Position numbers and translations under genes: made by a program | From: Balanoglossus misakiensis | Taxonomy: Eukaryota; Animalia; Hemichordata | DNA length: 64,000 nt | Assembly: GCA_040954595.2 (NCBI GenBank) | Contig: CM082597.2 | Coordinates: 2,120,422 to 2,184,421 of the forward strand | Reading direction: 5' to 3' | In this document: piece after piece, positions 1-18,268 of the stretch | Layout: each line of letters opens with the position of its first letter | How positions within the stretch are numbered: position 1 is the first letter of the stretch | Notes under the pieces: model-generated | What the model was told of the DNA's origin: nothing | The model's input: only the letters and a program-made list of their open reading frames with translations | Database searches by the model: none

Positions 1-1646
1 AATGCTGTAATTTAAGTAATATTATGAAACATGGTTGGATTTTTGCTCATGATGTTTAATTGTAGCTACAATGAAACAGAAATGACATTCGAAGATATAG
101 TTAAGAAATGACTGGAATTCCTTTCCTTCAAGATCGATCACTCCCAGAAAGTTTTTCCCAAACAGGCACCTCACGTTTTCTACTTTACAAGAATTAAGAC
201 TAGTGATTTCAGCTGCTGTGCCTTGAAATGACAAATTCTGTGCACTATATGTTTTAACTGTCATCCACTGTAAACAGCTGTGCGTACAAACCTAACATTT
301 GCGTTTGTACATAACCCACAGCATCTATCCTGTCCCTCCCTATGCCAAAATCGGCCAAACCCCTTGAAAGTAGCAGTGATGTCATCTAACCAACAAAAGA
401 ACAGCAAAAGTAGGCATTACAAATTTACAGACTAGATATATAATTTTTTTATTTTGAGTAACACCCCAAAAATCTATCCACAGAAAATGAATTTGTAATT
501 GTATATAATAACTAATTTCTGTCAAGATACAAGAATAAATCTGCAGTACTTTTTCTGCACTTTTTTAGTTTAATTTTTTCACAAAACATCTACAAAGACG
601 GCAGAGGAAATTGTTTTAATTCTATTTCCACCTTTTGGCTCTGCAGTCTTTCAAACTAAACAACACCACCAAGTGGCAGATTTGAGTAAACACAGACAAT
701 TTGGAATTAAATCCCCTACACTAATAACACCCACCCCCTCAGCCATGTAAATTTAAAATATTACGCATCTGTACTTAAGAAACTAAGATGGTCTTAGTCC
801 CAGGTAAAGTTCTATAACCTGCATTCTGATTGATTGTTTTTTGTATTCCTATACAGTAAGTGACCAATCACGTTCAGTGAGTCATCTTAACTACACATGT
901 ACGACTTTTCTGTTTATAATCACATCTGCATAACTAATGCATGACTATGGTGGCTGAAAGATTTGTCAGTTTAATTAATTAAACCAAGAGCAGGCCTAGC
1001 ACATTATCTACTAAACACTTGGCATACATCTGAATTTTGGCTGAGAGGAAAAGTCTACTGACCAGTCTTTGGAGGGTTGACACTACCCATGTAAATAATG
1101 ATGTGATCCTATTACTAAGGAATAATCCATTTTAACCGTATCAGTAATGGGGTTCACACTTTGTATTTTCAAAGTGTTTCACACAATTATTTGGTAACAC
1201 CAAAATGCAAACAAAATAAAGTAAATTTTTTTTGTTTTGTTTTTTCAAGTCAATAAATCAAACAAAATTCTGCATAAATTTGACACAACATCAACGAATC
1301 ATAAATTGCTGTATATATATTTCTCTGTTAAAGAAAAAGACACTAGGGTTTACATCTTCATTCAATCGAACAAAGTTGCTACAAAAAGAATGAAAATAGT
1401 AGAGTCTGAACTCTTTATGTGCAGAATAGTTAAACTGGCATCAGATTCATTCTTCCGATGAATCTGCAAACAAAGAAAACTGGGCAGCTTTCTATGAGCA
1501 TTAATTTCTCCACACCCGGTGCATTTACCATAACTCTATCACCAGCATGCTTTGGTTCAGTCCGACTGCTTTCCATCTGAGGAGGATGGAGTCTTCCACT
1601 AGGACATGGGGGTGAAAGGGTTAAATTTGCACAGCTTGGGGGTTCT

Positions 1647-6393
<4,747 letters not shown>

Positions 6394-7327
6394 CTTGGAA
6401 TATTCCCTGCGAGACGCAGTTGGCCCTCTGAGAGACAACGTCCGATAAAGACCTTCACACCTGAAATATAAACAAACAAAGTGCTCGCCAATAATCGCTT
6501 ATTAGCCTATATAACGGATAACCGCTCTGCTCAACGCGAAAACCACTGGCAGCTAGATTATCGCGAACTACGCAACTACCGACCTTTCGAACTCGTCACT
6601 TTTTCACCCCAGCTGCTGACGAATACATACATGGAAAAACAACCCCGATAGATGAAATATTCATGATCATATACCCGTGCAAACATGTTTGATGAAACCA
6701 GCCGGCCCATCAAATGGTATCTTTAGAAGCTGTGCAATTATTTTCCCCTTCTTTCCCTCTTTTTCTTTTGCGTAATTACACCATCACTCTGCATCGCCAT
6801 TTTGAAACAGACATTTCGCAATGGATTGGTGATGTCCGTATCGAGAAAATTCCTTCTCGTTTTCGACGCACATCTCGCATAAACAAAACGAGATAACCTT
6901 TTAATTAGACAACTGTAGTTTATTGTTTCATATTCTCATCTCAGAAATCAATTTTACTGAAATTTTGGCCCTGGCGACGGCTTATTTCTTTACCTACCTG
7001 GTTCACATCCTTGACGAAGTTGCTCTCTTCTGTTTATGTCGCATAAATTATGACCGCCATTCACACCAAATAATTAGTTTCTCCCTTTTGCGAATGCGTC
7101 GAATTCAAAACATGACATTGTGCAACAACCTTTGACAGTGGCCGATTTCTTGGTTTTGTGGAAACATTGTCATATGAAAAGGGTACATTAAAATCGACAC
7201 ATTTCACAAAGCAATTCATAAATAAATGTAATTTAAATCGATAGAAATGAAATGGTGCGAAACTCATAAACTACATCATATGTCCCTTCGTGCGCCCTCA
7301 CAGACCAGTGCATTACAGGAATCCAAG
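6394..7327. promoter_or_regulatory. Probable bidirectional promoter region between DCAF8 and PSMD9
   Basis: Divergent start codons are ~0.93 kb apart and the region is relatively CpG-rich. A YY1-like AAGATGGCG sits at the DCAF8 ATG. An acceptor at ~6461 and a donor at ~6624-6629 suggest a DCAF8 5'UTR exon. Confidence 0.6.
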
Positions 7328-8730
7328 ATGTCAGCGTCCAGTGCTCGGGAAAGTGTCAAACAACTTATCCAGAAAAAAGACGACATGGAAAAAGAAATCA
7401 AAGAGCTGTACGAAGTGTTAGATTCGGTAGGACTCAGAGAACATTCTTCTATTGAAGTTGCGGTGGTGATCTGGTTATTTCGTGTATTATGGGCACTTTT
7501 TCATTGTTTTGTTTTGTTTTTCGCTAAAACTACATGATCATCATGATGTGTGTATATATGAACAGAGGTATACCGATCACGTCTGTATTCATTCGTTTAT
7601 ATATATATATATACACGACGTGAATCTACAGTAGCTCATACAGGGGACTCTGTTTTGCAGCAAAGAGGTGTTGGTATGAATGGACCACTGGTTGACAACG
7701 AAGGTTATCCTCGAAATGACATTGACGTCTACACGGTTAGAACATCAAGGAACAGAATCATATGTAAGCAGTAATAAACAGTGCCATGACTTTTGTACAT
7801 ATGTATTCATTTTCTATTTCACATTTATGATATTTGAATCATTGTTTTTGTAGCACTCCTATGGTACAGCAAATGTAACTTTAATGCTTGTCGCTTTTCA
7901 TTTAGGTCTTCAAAATGATCACAAGGACCTCATGAAAGAAATTGAACAAGGGCTTCACACGTTGCACAGTCAGGAGAGGCAGGCTGTCGACAGGGTGCCA
8001 GAGGAAAAGATGGAGACAGACAGTGCACGACCAAGACCGTTTGCAAAAATTGACACAGTTACGCCCGGGTCACCAGCTGCAATAGGGGTAAGGCCTCATT
8101 GACACCCAATTCCCCAGTGTAAAGGTCCAAAGTCATCAAGAAAACAATGAATTTGGACCAAACTATGCTAGTGAAGGGGTGAAAGGTCCACTTTCTGTAA
8201 CTTTTTGCATTTTCTAGTACTTAACATTTATTTATCATTTTTGTCAGGGACTAATTATTGGTGATGCTCTGCTAAAATTTGGTTCAGTAACGACAGAAAA
8301 TTTCCAAAGTCTACAAAACATTGCAGAAGTTGTGCAGCACAGTCAAAGGGTAAGTGTCTGTGAAATATTCTTGGAACCATGACAGTTTGCTGATTCTCTT
8401 GCTACAGGACGGACTTGTCGAGGGACTTAATGTGTTTTTGTTTTTTTAATCTTAATAGAGACCAGTTAGTGTTACAGTGATCAGAAACAAAGAGTTAATT
8501 CATCTTGGAATAACACCACAGCCTTGGTCAGGAAGGGGACTTCTTGGGTAAGTTTATTGGAGAAATGATATTAAAATAACCAGAGTTTGTGCTTATTCGA
8601 AACTCCAGTAGTAGTAATTAGTGTCATAATTTATATTAGTAGAAATAATTTACCGTGTTTATGAAATAGTCGAATTAACTTCCTTTCTTTTATTTGTTTC
8701 AGATGTAATATTGTTCCTTTGCCTCCCTGA
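7328..8730 (+). CDS. PSMD9: 26S proteasome non-ATPase regulatory subunit 9 (p27/Nas2, PDZ assembly chaperone), 6 exons
   Basis: Exons ~7328-7425, 7661-7763, 7907-8087, 8248-8349, ~8459-8547 and 8703-8730 give [90 protein letters not shown] and [25 protein letters not shown] at ~8928. Confidence 0.95.
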
Positions 8731-9357
8731 GTGCTTATGCTCTAATGCTGAAGGAGTTCCTGTGTATCTGCAGAAGGGTTTTTTGAATCAGAATTCAAAC
8801 CTGCCAGAGTCATCTCTATTCTTCTGGAGGCGTTTCCTACTTTTACCAGAAAATATACGACTCAACGTTGCTTATGTCCAAAAATGATACTCCGTAAGAA
8901 TGACTGATTGAGAGGATAGATTTTTTTAATAAAAAATCCATTCACATTATCTCTGTGTTCTAGTAATTTTATTTATTTGGTCAGTACTGTACATATATAT
9001 GTTGTTATTGTTACATCATGCAGTATCAAACATACATTTTAATAGTTTGACCGTTACAACATTTGTTAATCTTAAAAAAATGCTAATGTGCCTATAAAGA
9101 ATTATCTTGATTACTTGATATTCAGCTTCGTGCAAGTTTGCGTTGTCATTCCTACACTTCGTACTTCTTCACTGTTAATATAAACAGAAATTCAATTCAA
9201 GTTAAGAATATTGGAACTGATATTAAAAGTTATCTTAAATCGACAGCGTCATATTAAATTCATATATCAGAATCTAACTCTCCGTCTGGATGGTATAGTG
9301 CAAGTTCTGTAATGAGAATAATACCTAGTTCTCTGAATCCACATAAATAAAACTTAC

Positions 9358-10366
9358 AGCAGTGACTTCTTCTGGTACTTCACCACTATGTATTTCCTCT
9401 TTCATGTTTTTCTGCGAGGGCACACCCAGAAAGTTCTCCGCAACAGACTTGTCCTCGATGAAAACTGGAATTAGAAGAGTAAGGTTAGACAACTGGTCAA
9501 ACAAATTTTATGACATCAATCTGACGTAGCATAGTCCTATGGGCATGCGAGAAATTCCATCCAAAGACACCGATTAAAAATCACATACAGATTTTTTTTT
9601 ATACAGGTGACAAACAAACCTGGTTCCACAGCATTGACTTCTTCTGGTACTTCAAGAAGTTCTTGCTTCATGATAGTATTTTCTTCTCCTATCGTGTTTT
9701 TCAGAGTGGGTGCACGCATGCCCAGAAACTTCTTCGCATTGGACTCTTTCAGAATCAAAACTGAAAGTTGAACAGAGTAAATTCAACTTACACAATATTG
9801 CAAACTGATTCAAAACACTCAAGTGGATTTGTCTAAAACCTTCCGCAGAATATCATTTAGTCTTATCCCCTGCTGGTTGTGTCATACTAAAGGAAAGAAG
9901 TCGGGATGGGCTGCCATTTTGGTCTGCATTAATGGGTATGTGTAGAATACAAATTGCAAAGAACACAGTCTCGTCACTTACCATCGTTTTGTTCCAAGTT
10001 ATTCGCCTCTTTCGGAGCCTGCGCAAAACAAATATGAATTGTGGTTTTAGTTTCATCAATTTACAGCGCCGTTCTGTAACCGGTAGTGTGGTATGCGTGA
10101 GGAGTCTTTGATATCTGCGTTTGTTTGTCTGTCTGTCTGTCTGTCTGTCTGCAACCCACTATGAGTGTCCTTCAGTCTGTCTGCCACGCAAACACGACAC
10201 AAAAGTGTTCAATAGTAATAACACCCTAAGACCCGGATAACTGGGCATGCTAAATTAAAGTGAAACAAACTCTTACGAATTTCAAACGTTTGCCATCAGC
10301 AGGTGGTGACAAGACAGCACAGAGAGTGAACACTCCACACAGCAAGAACTTGACCGAAATCTTCAT
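9358..10366 (-). CDS. Small secreted Glu-rich protein with two paralogous exons (UCMA/augurin-like motif); 3' end uncertain
   Basis: Phase-compatible exons: 10277-10366 (MKISVKFLLCGVFTLCAVLSPPADGKRLKF, signal peptide), 9982-10018 (APKEANNLEQND), 9620-9760 (VLILKESNAKKFLGMRAPTLKNTIGEENTIMKQELLEVPEEVNAVEP) and 9358-9464 (VFIEDKSVAENFLGVPSQKNMKEEIHSGEVPEEVTA). TATA-like sequence at ~10499-10505. Confidence 0.7.
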
Positions 10367-11936
10367 ATTCTCTTTCTGGAATAAAGTGTACAAATAACAG
10401 AAAAGCAAGACGTGTGAGACGTGTACCATTCTCTGCCAAAATTAGCAACAACTCGCCACACAACAGGGGCAGTACAAACGCAGCCATGCATGTTAACATA
10501 TTATAGTTGTACTATTGTCCACCTGAATGTCAACTCAAACCATCTGATGAATGGCGATGCTATCGATAGCCGAACTCACAGACATGGAAGTCGAAGTTTT
10601 ATCCCTTCCATCTAAAATGTTACCTGTGTCGGACAGGAGGATAGGCAGTAATTTTCAACACTGTCATCTACAAGCTGGCAGTTGTCAGCGTGTGGTTAAG
10701 GTCAACAACCAATTCGATTCGATTGTGTGTATGTACATGTGTCACCTATGAATTTCTTTCAACCGCGACGGTTGTTGCCAAAAAACAGACAGTTTGTGAC
10801 GTTTTCCGAGCAAGTTTCTTCCTCTGTAAAAGGTCGTTTGTGGTGCCTCAGTGGAGATAAACTAAGGTGTAAATGTCCTTGAAAATGCCCAGGCTCTCCA
10901 ACACTATATGGGTGTGGCACGACACTCTAGATACATGTCCATATATACTACATGTAATTGTAATGTTCCATATCCATAAATATGTACTAAAGAAAAACGT
11001 GGCAATAAATGAAACGAAAAAGTTGACAATTTGATGTGTCGAGCTCCGAGAGAATTAACAGTGAAGCAAAAATTCGGCAACTTACTTTAGTATGCACCAA
11101 CGTTAACAGTTTCACTGTAGCGTCACGCTCTTTTGAAAGAAGTTTAGGCCTAGTGTGTGTCTTCGCCTAGCACCACCCACTTTCCTTCGGAAGAGAGGTT
11201 ATAACCAACACACATTAGCGTCTAAAAACTGGGTCCCCATTGTCAGGATTGTGGTGTTGAAGGACAGTTTACACAAAGGAGCTATAGTGGGATGAAGGTG
11301 CTTGGTTCAATGGATGTTCAGGTCATCAACATCACCGTGGATCTTTCCATTGTTACCTCATTTCCACGAGATTCCATGGTATAGACCCCCACCTTCTTGC
11401 AGAAATTGGTGTTGCCGATGGTGTATGAGTTTTAAGACATTATGATAACACGATTATTCTATTTTTGCTTAAAAATAATTTACATACGTCGTCTGTACAA
11501 AATATTCACCCGCACCATCAGCAGATCACTTTCCAATCACCAATGACATCACATTAAACATTATCAATACTGATGTATGGTTAAAACATATTTTAATACA
11601 CAATGCCATTTTCTCATTATTAAAGCTTACTACATCAACGAGTCAGTATGAGGTAGACCTTGTTAATGGCTTGGCTTGTGCTGAAAAAATGTGCATTTAA
11701 GAGGCACAGTATACATGTTCTGGTTCTTGTGTAGTTCCTGAATAATTTTGTAGGCTTCTAAGATTTTATACTTAGCCATTTGAAGATGGGAAGAATAAAG
11801 GATTCAGCTACGTGTTGCTTTGAGGTAGCAAGATTGAACATTCATATTGGTGATGAGCGTGACATTTACTCAAACATATACATTGCATTGGTATCAAAAT
11901 TGAGCTAAAATTCTCTGGCAGCCATTGAACGTATAT

Positions 11937-14038
11937 TCAAAATGGCGGCACCACATTGTACGCCATAGTGTCGTCATCATCCTCGTTCCCGGGTGGATAA
12001 TATTCGCACGCTATGTAGAATTGTGTCCAGTGTTTCTTGTATCGTAGAACTGCTCCACACCCGAGTCTTTTAGTTTCCTTCCATACTACTTGAGTAAAAT
12101 GACCTATGTAAAAGCGAGAGAAATCATATGTTTATCACACAATCGGACATCAAATATTCGCAGATATTTTATCTACTTTATACTTGAAATATTCTGTAAA
12201 CGCACACTTACCAGCCTTGTATGAAAATTTCGGATGTTTGAAATCAAAGAATTTGATCTCGTCGTAAAACAACTTGACGAATCCATAACCTTGAAAAAGA
12301 AAAATGTCATTAGAATATTACGGTGAGTCTACGAAGTACATGTATCTCTGAGTCTCGAAAAACAGCGAAAGAACTGAAACTCTAAATGTGACGTCATACC
12401 TGTTACCCTTTCCAGTCCGTGCAGTTCCTGCATGGCAACGTTTTCACCAAACTGAGCGAAATCCGAATGTTCAATCCGTCCAATATTAGCGTTGCTACGA
12501 GCTAGGTAGTCGCCGTATTTCTCCAAAGTTGTGTCCCATGTCAGTGGTGACACTCCGTGTAAACATCTGTAGTAATTATGCGCCTCTAGTATTTGCTCCT
12601 TGAGGGCGTGGAAACTAGCGACGCCAGTTTGGTTTGGTTTAACACAGAGAGTATTGTCTGGTTGACCGTAACCTGTAAAAAGTAGTAGACAGATAGAGTG
12701 TATATATACTTTTCGGAAATGAAGGAAGGAAGGAAAAAATAAATTACTGGTTGTTTGTTAGTTGCTTGGTTCGGTGGCCAGATGTCTCATGATGGTAATC
12801 AATTTTTGTGCGAGTGGAGGGCAGTCGTTCATATTATTGAACGCCACGGCAACACCTGGTGTAAAACGTGACCAATCATGAAGCACACACGGCGTTCTTG
12901 TAAGCCAATCATGGGTTGGAACGTGTACACCTGTCCATAAAGGTTTCCATCACGTGCATCACGTGGTTCAGTTTGTACGTAAACTTTGCTCATGGCGACA
13001 TTTTCACGGAGAAAATGTCGTCTCGGATACCGATGACGCGTTCGTTACCCAAAACGGGTTTGGAATTAACGCCAGAACGCGAGCAGGCTGACGAGTCGAG
13101 GACGACTGGTTGTGTGGTTGTTGTCTGAGCTTTGTGGAGAATTTTCTTGGAGAACATTTGCAGGATTGTGTGTGGAAAGAAGATGCCCTTCCTTCAGGAT
13201 TGTCGACGTGTGAGCCATCAAGCAAAAGGTGAGCATGCATACACCATACTATTATTTTACCGATAGTGTGGCATGATTACAGTTTAATGCTTCACACAGA
13301 GAGGTAGCATCTTTGCAAGTTCTTGATACATGTAAAAACTGCATAACTACACGTACCACAATCCCGTTCGTCGCTGTTATCAGCACACTGCTGAAACCCA
13401 TCGCAAATGTTGCTCTTCTTCATACACAATGGTTCACCATCTGCACATCTGTAAGGCGCATGTGGATAGTACATTGAACAGTCCTCGTCCACATAGGGCT
13501 CGTGTCGAATAACTTCAGCTGTCAAAGTAAAACAAAAACAAAAACATCTGGTGTGTATTTTCACTAGTTTCAAGGTTATAACTTTTTATGCAGCGTACAC
13601 CCGTACGTATAAACAAAACTTGGGAATTACCTTCCAATGCAAGAAGCGCGTTTCCATCCACCAAGTCGATGGGCAGTTTTTCGTCTGTTGGAAAGAAACA
13701 CAAGAATAGTGCATCATGTTTAGCCAGAGATAGGCACAGGGATTCATTGACAAGCATAGTCATCCAAGCTATAAAAAAATAAAACATCTAGCACCGTCAC
13801 TGAAGAACAGAATGCGTTGTGTATCTCAAAACATATTTTGTTTAAATTAACGATAACATTACCGCAATCATGTTCATCGCTGCCGTCCCAGCAGTTGACA
13901 AATCCATCACAAACGCAGAATTCCGGGAGACAATTCAGGCCGTCTGCGCATATATGGTCGAAGAAGGTGCCATATTTGTCCAGACATAACTTGGAGCGAG
14001 TTGCTACGAATAGCGAGCAGAAAACCATATTTTATCAA

Positions 14039-14132
<94 letters not shown>

Positions 14133-17017
14133 TTTTTGTACGCTGACCACGGCAATAGAATTGTTATTGACATTTTAAAAACTTAAACACAATTTTTGAG
14201 GGTTCTTACCTTTGTTTTTGGCCTCTACTTGCAAGTGGATTGATTTTTTAATCGCCTTGCCTAAATGACCTTCGACTGAGTTGACCTTTTACAAGGAAAA
14301 ATCGGAAATGGTCAGTTAAAATGAAATGAAGAGTAACTACAAAATGAAAGCAGAACACAATTTTTTTTATGATGAGAAGGAAGAAATTACAGGCGATATG
14401 TTTAATTACTGAAATTCGTCTGCTCTGATTTTACGTCTGGTGCAGCATGCAAATATTTAGAAAATATCATTTGACCTGTTTATTTGATTTCAGTATGCAC
14501 CTGATAGCACGGCGTATGGTCTACAGATGCCGTTATTGTTGGAAACAAAGACGCAGAGTAGTCATAACAACGAATTCGCAAGCTTCGCGCATAATAATGT
14601 ATATCTGATGGAAAATGATGGGTATTGATGCTTAGAGTGATTGTTATAACACAGCTAGAAATGACTTAGGGATGACCTTTAGTCTGTTCCATATTTTGTG
14701 AGTCTAAACAGATGGAAGAGAGGGAGCAGACATTTGGTCAAAAGTGTCGAAAAGGTTCTGAGATTTTCCTTACATTCCGGTATGTGCGCATATTGCAGCA
14801 CACAGAGAAACGTCCTCCATTTGCTCATTAACAAATCACGTGTTATTTTAGGAAATGACACTGACAGGTGTATAGATTGATAATTGATTGTTGATGGATG
14901 GATGGATGATTGTCGGATGGGTTGGTATGTGTGTGTGTGTGTGGACAAATGTTTTGGGTGGATTGATGGCTGGATCGTGGTTGGTTGGAGGGAGGGTACG
15001 AGTAATTATGGTCGGATGTGCTCGAGTGTGTACATGTATAGGTGGGTGGATAGAGATTCTGACAGACAGGTTAAACGCATACTTCATGTTCCCAGTCATG
15101 TGTGGGAAAGCAATTACAAGCCACAGAGGGTGCAATCGTTTAAATTTCGAATGATTGATGGCCGTCTCTTCAGACCTCGAGTAGCGCAGAAGGCAGTAAA
15201 CCCCACGTCTTCTGACGGCAGCGTGTGAGAAAATCATTTACCCGAGACCATGTTTGCAACAATTTGATCTGCACAGTTTGAAACAAAGCGTTGCCGCGCC
15301 GTCCTTGAGAAAGATTTATTTCGCTAAACGTAACTGCACACAATGCCTACGTGCAAAAATGTCAAAATATGGAATGGTGAACAGACGACTTTTGGAATTT
15401 TTGACGTGTCACCTTTAAGAAATATACTAACAAATTACAAGTAGAATGTTTTGAAAACAAAATTCTTAGGTCCTTCTTCCCTGACGTATAATATTGTGCA
15501 AACGCCAATGATATTTCGCAAGACTTTTAAATGTTTAAAGTAGTATGCGAGTGTGTGGTGAAACCTTGAGAAAAATATCCAACAAAAAAGTTTAAGACTT
15601 TGTGTTTTGAGGCGTATTCTATGTTTAATTTTTGTTGATAACTAAAGACCCAAGAAACTGAACGACGCAACAGGTTGAAGAACTTTTTCTAACTATATAA
15701 GACGCAGTATTTGGTAAGAATCTGTTACTATTGATGTTAGGTCACCACATAATTCATCCATGTAAAATGTTAAGGGTTTATCCGCGTTGAAGTCGACTCT
15801 TTTGATAGGACAACATTCTTTCAACGATGCCGCATAGCGCGAGTGAAGCGAACGGAACCGAGCTGACACCATCCTTACACAACCAGTGATGTTGTCAGAT
15901 TTTATCAAAACTGCTTTCACGGAACATCTTGTCAAAGGGTTTCTGCCACCTCCTGAATGAACACCAGATCCCCGTGTCTTATCATCACCATAATTCATCG
16001 CCACACCGAACACATGCCCTGTGTTTTCATTTTAAACTTCTCGGTGGGTTATGCGATACGGCGTCGACAGTAAAAACAGTGACTCGTGACCGTGTGTGCG
16101 CGAGGCAGCGCCGTCACTTGGCGGGATCCGTCACCACCCGGCATATCAAGACGTTGTCATGGCGATAGCTTTGGATGTTCCGCCAGGGGACGCCAAGAAA
16201 TTCGTCAACTTGAACTCTGTTTATTATTTTCATCATATACTTGAACTGTGTTTATTATTATCATGGTGTTTGGTTTTCACTCCCACCCACCCCCTCCGCA
16301 GACCGATAGTTCCATCTGGTCTCGATCCTTGGCCAGGTGATTTATATCAACGCGTCACTTTGAGCTCAGGGTCACTTGCTTCGAATTGGCGCATTGGTGA
16401 GTTGCACTCCATTGGAATTTGGAACGAATGTTAAGAGTTTCGCATAAACACATGCACAAAGCTTTTTATGTTATCTGCGATTGTACAGTTTTATCTGAAC
16501 CGTCGGGCCGAAAAACAGAGCAGACAGAAATATTCGGTCGGTAAATAGACGCAAACAAAGATGAAGTAAAGAAGCAAATGAGATTTGATAGTTCATCCGA
16601 CCGATAGTGTAACAACTCTCCAAGTGAACGACCGCCTTCGAGAGTTTGATGCGACAAATTCTAACGGGAGATTCCCAAATAAACGGCAAAACTAGCGCTT
16701 GGGAATGTAATTTTGTCTGTCACGCTTTCCGTCAAAAATTATGAACCTAGAAGGCCTTATACTGCTGGGAACTCCTTCAATGTAAAACTGTTTTCAAGAT
16801 CTCTCTTGAGCAATCTGTGGAAATTTTCCTGATATTTGCTAGAGTTTAAAATCAACTTTGGTCCATTTTAACAAGCAACTCAAGAATAATATTTGTCATC
16901 ATTGAAAAATGCAAAAAAAAAACTTACCAGGTCGTTGAAATTCTCGATCGCATAGCAGTTTCCTTGGCTGTGCATAAGGGCCTGCAATACAAGCAACGGG
17001 AAAAATGCAGAGACCAT
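11937..17017 (-). CDS. Secreted LDLa-LDLa-CAP (SCP/PR-1) protein, paralog 1
   Basis: Exons 16928-17017 (MVSAFFPLLVLQALMHSQGNCYA, signal-like), 14210-14285, 13863-14003 (LDLa, CDGFVNCWDGSDEHDC), 13631-13684, 13357-13518 (LDLa, CDGFQQCADNSDERDC), 12400-12672 (HNYYRCLHGVSPLTWD..HS..GEN), 12212-12289 (FYDEIKFFDF) and 11937-12103 (GHFTQVVWKETKRLGCG..CEYYPPGN..NVVPPF*). Confidence 0.88.
14039..14131. repeat. (CAT)n microsatellite, ~31 units, intronic
   Basis: Direct read; it produces the spurious poly-H/poly-M/poly-I ORFs. Confidence 0.97.
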
Positions 17018-18268
17018 GATCTGCTTTGCAACCAAGCACAGAGGATAAAGAAACACTTTGGCTGTGCGTTCTAAGGTGATTTATTTGCGCTGGTGTGTTC
17101 CCAGCCTAATATAGGCGAAAAGAAAAATATTCTTGAACGAGGTTATATGTTGCCACCCTTTGCGAGTACAGGTTTGGTCTCCACTGACCCGAAATGACAT
17201 AATCCTGATGGATCTGTTGAAGGCTCTTAATTTATGGGGCGTGTCATAACCCCTACATCGCTTAGCATCAACAGGGTTTCATTTCAGGGAGCGCACAGTT
17301 TCTTCTGCGGGCTGGTGGTCAACTTTCCTTCCCATAACATGCAAAAACTTTCTCCATGCCATTCATCCCACCAGCGTCGGTCCAGATTTCGTCTTCGAGT
17401 CGGCGCAGGAGTCTAGTGCATAATTTACCTCCGTGAGAAAAAATTAATACCTTTCTTCACGAAGATCCGTGTTACCGTTTCCACTCATGAATTCCCTATA
17501 TACAAAATACCTTTCGTCATTTTTTAAAATCCTGACAAGAGCGTTCCTGTGACAGCTTGATAGATAGATAGAAACAAAACACTATTTCCGGCAAAAGTCT
17601 TTATATGCGACCTCGTAACCTATAGTTGCTCAAGGAGAAGCCAATTTATTACAAGTTGGGATAGTTTTACAATATCTTTCCAGGAGTTTAAGGACCTCCT
17701 CCAAAGGGTTATGTAAAATTACACAATTACCAGAATCCTGTTGTGAGATCCAGCATAGTGACAGCTGCGTGTTCAATCTTGCTGCCAAAAGTATTACATT
17801 CACTTATCGATTTCGTAATGCCTGTCATATCTCATAAATGACATGCGAACAGTGTAGAATAGGGCTCTCAAGTTGTTGAGTTGGGGGCGTTTGGTTCAGA
17901 AGCAATCTGAACGCCCCAAGTTAGTGTCAAGCGCCTTCACATCCCAAACACATCCCCTCTACCTCCCTCTCTCCTCTCTCATTATTTCAAGGCCTTTCTG
18001 AATTATCGATGGAAGTCTGTTTACTGTTTGATTCAGCATAATGTGATGATGATTCCGAAGGGTGGCATTTGCGAAAAACGTATGTTTCTCCACAGTGACC
18101 CCTCTTTCCCTCCTGATGTTACCGGCCATGGGAAGCATAGTGATTACATATAACTGTCCATTACACGGAATACAAGCTGGTGTTATGATCGCAAAGGTAT
18201 ACAATAACGTGTTATGAAAACCTCAGACAGGTTTTCAAGCGGCATATGTACAACCAACCACGGCGAAT

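Noticed and set aside
10296-10499. ORF-track protein MLTCMAAFVLPLL...
   Set aside because: Spans a probable 5'UTR exon and intron. The signal peptide that splices in phase starts at 10366 in another frame.
12916-13240. Possible extra linker exon in CAP paralog 1
   Set aside because: I found no convincing acceptor/donor pair with an open frame, and the flanking exons already join in phase.
13817-14186. Poly-His, poly-Met and poly-Ile ORFs
   Set aside because: Translations of an intronic (CAT)n microsatellite.
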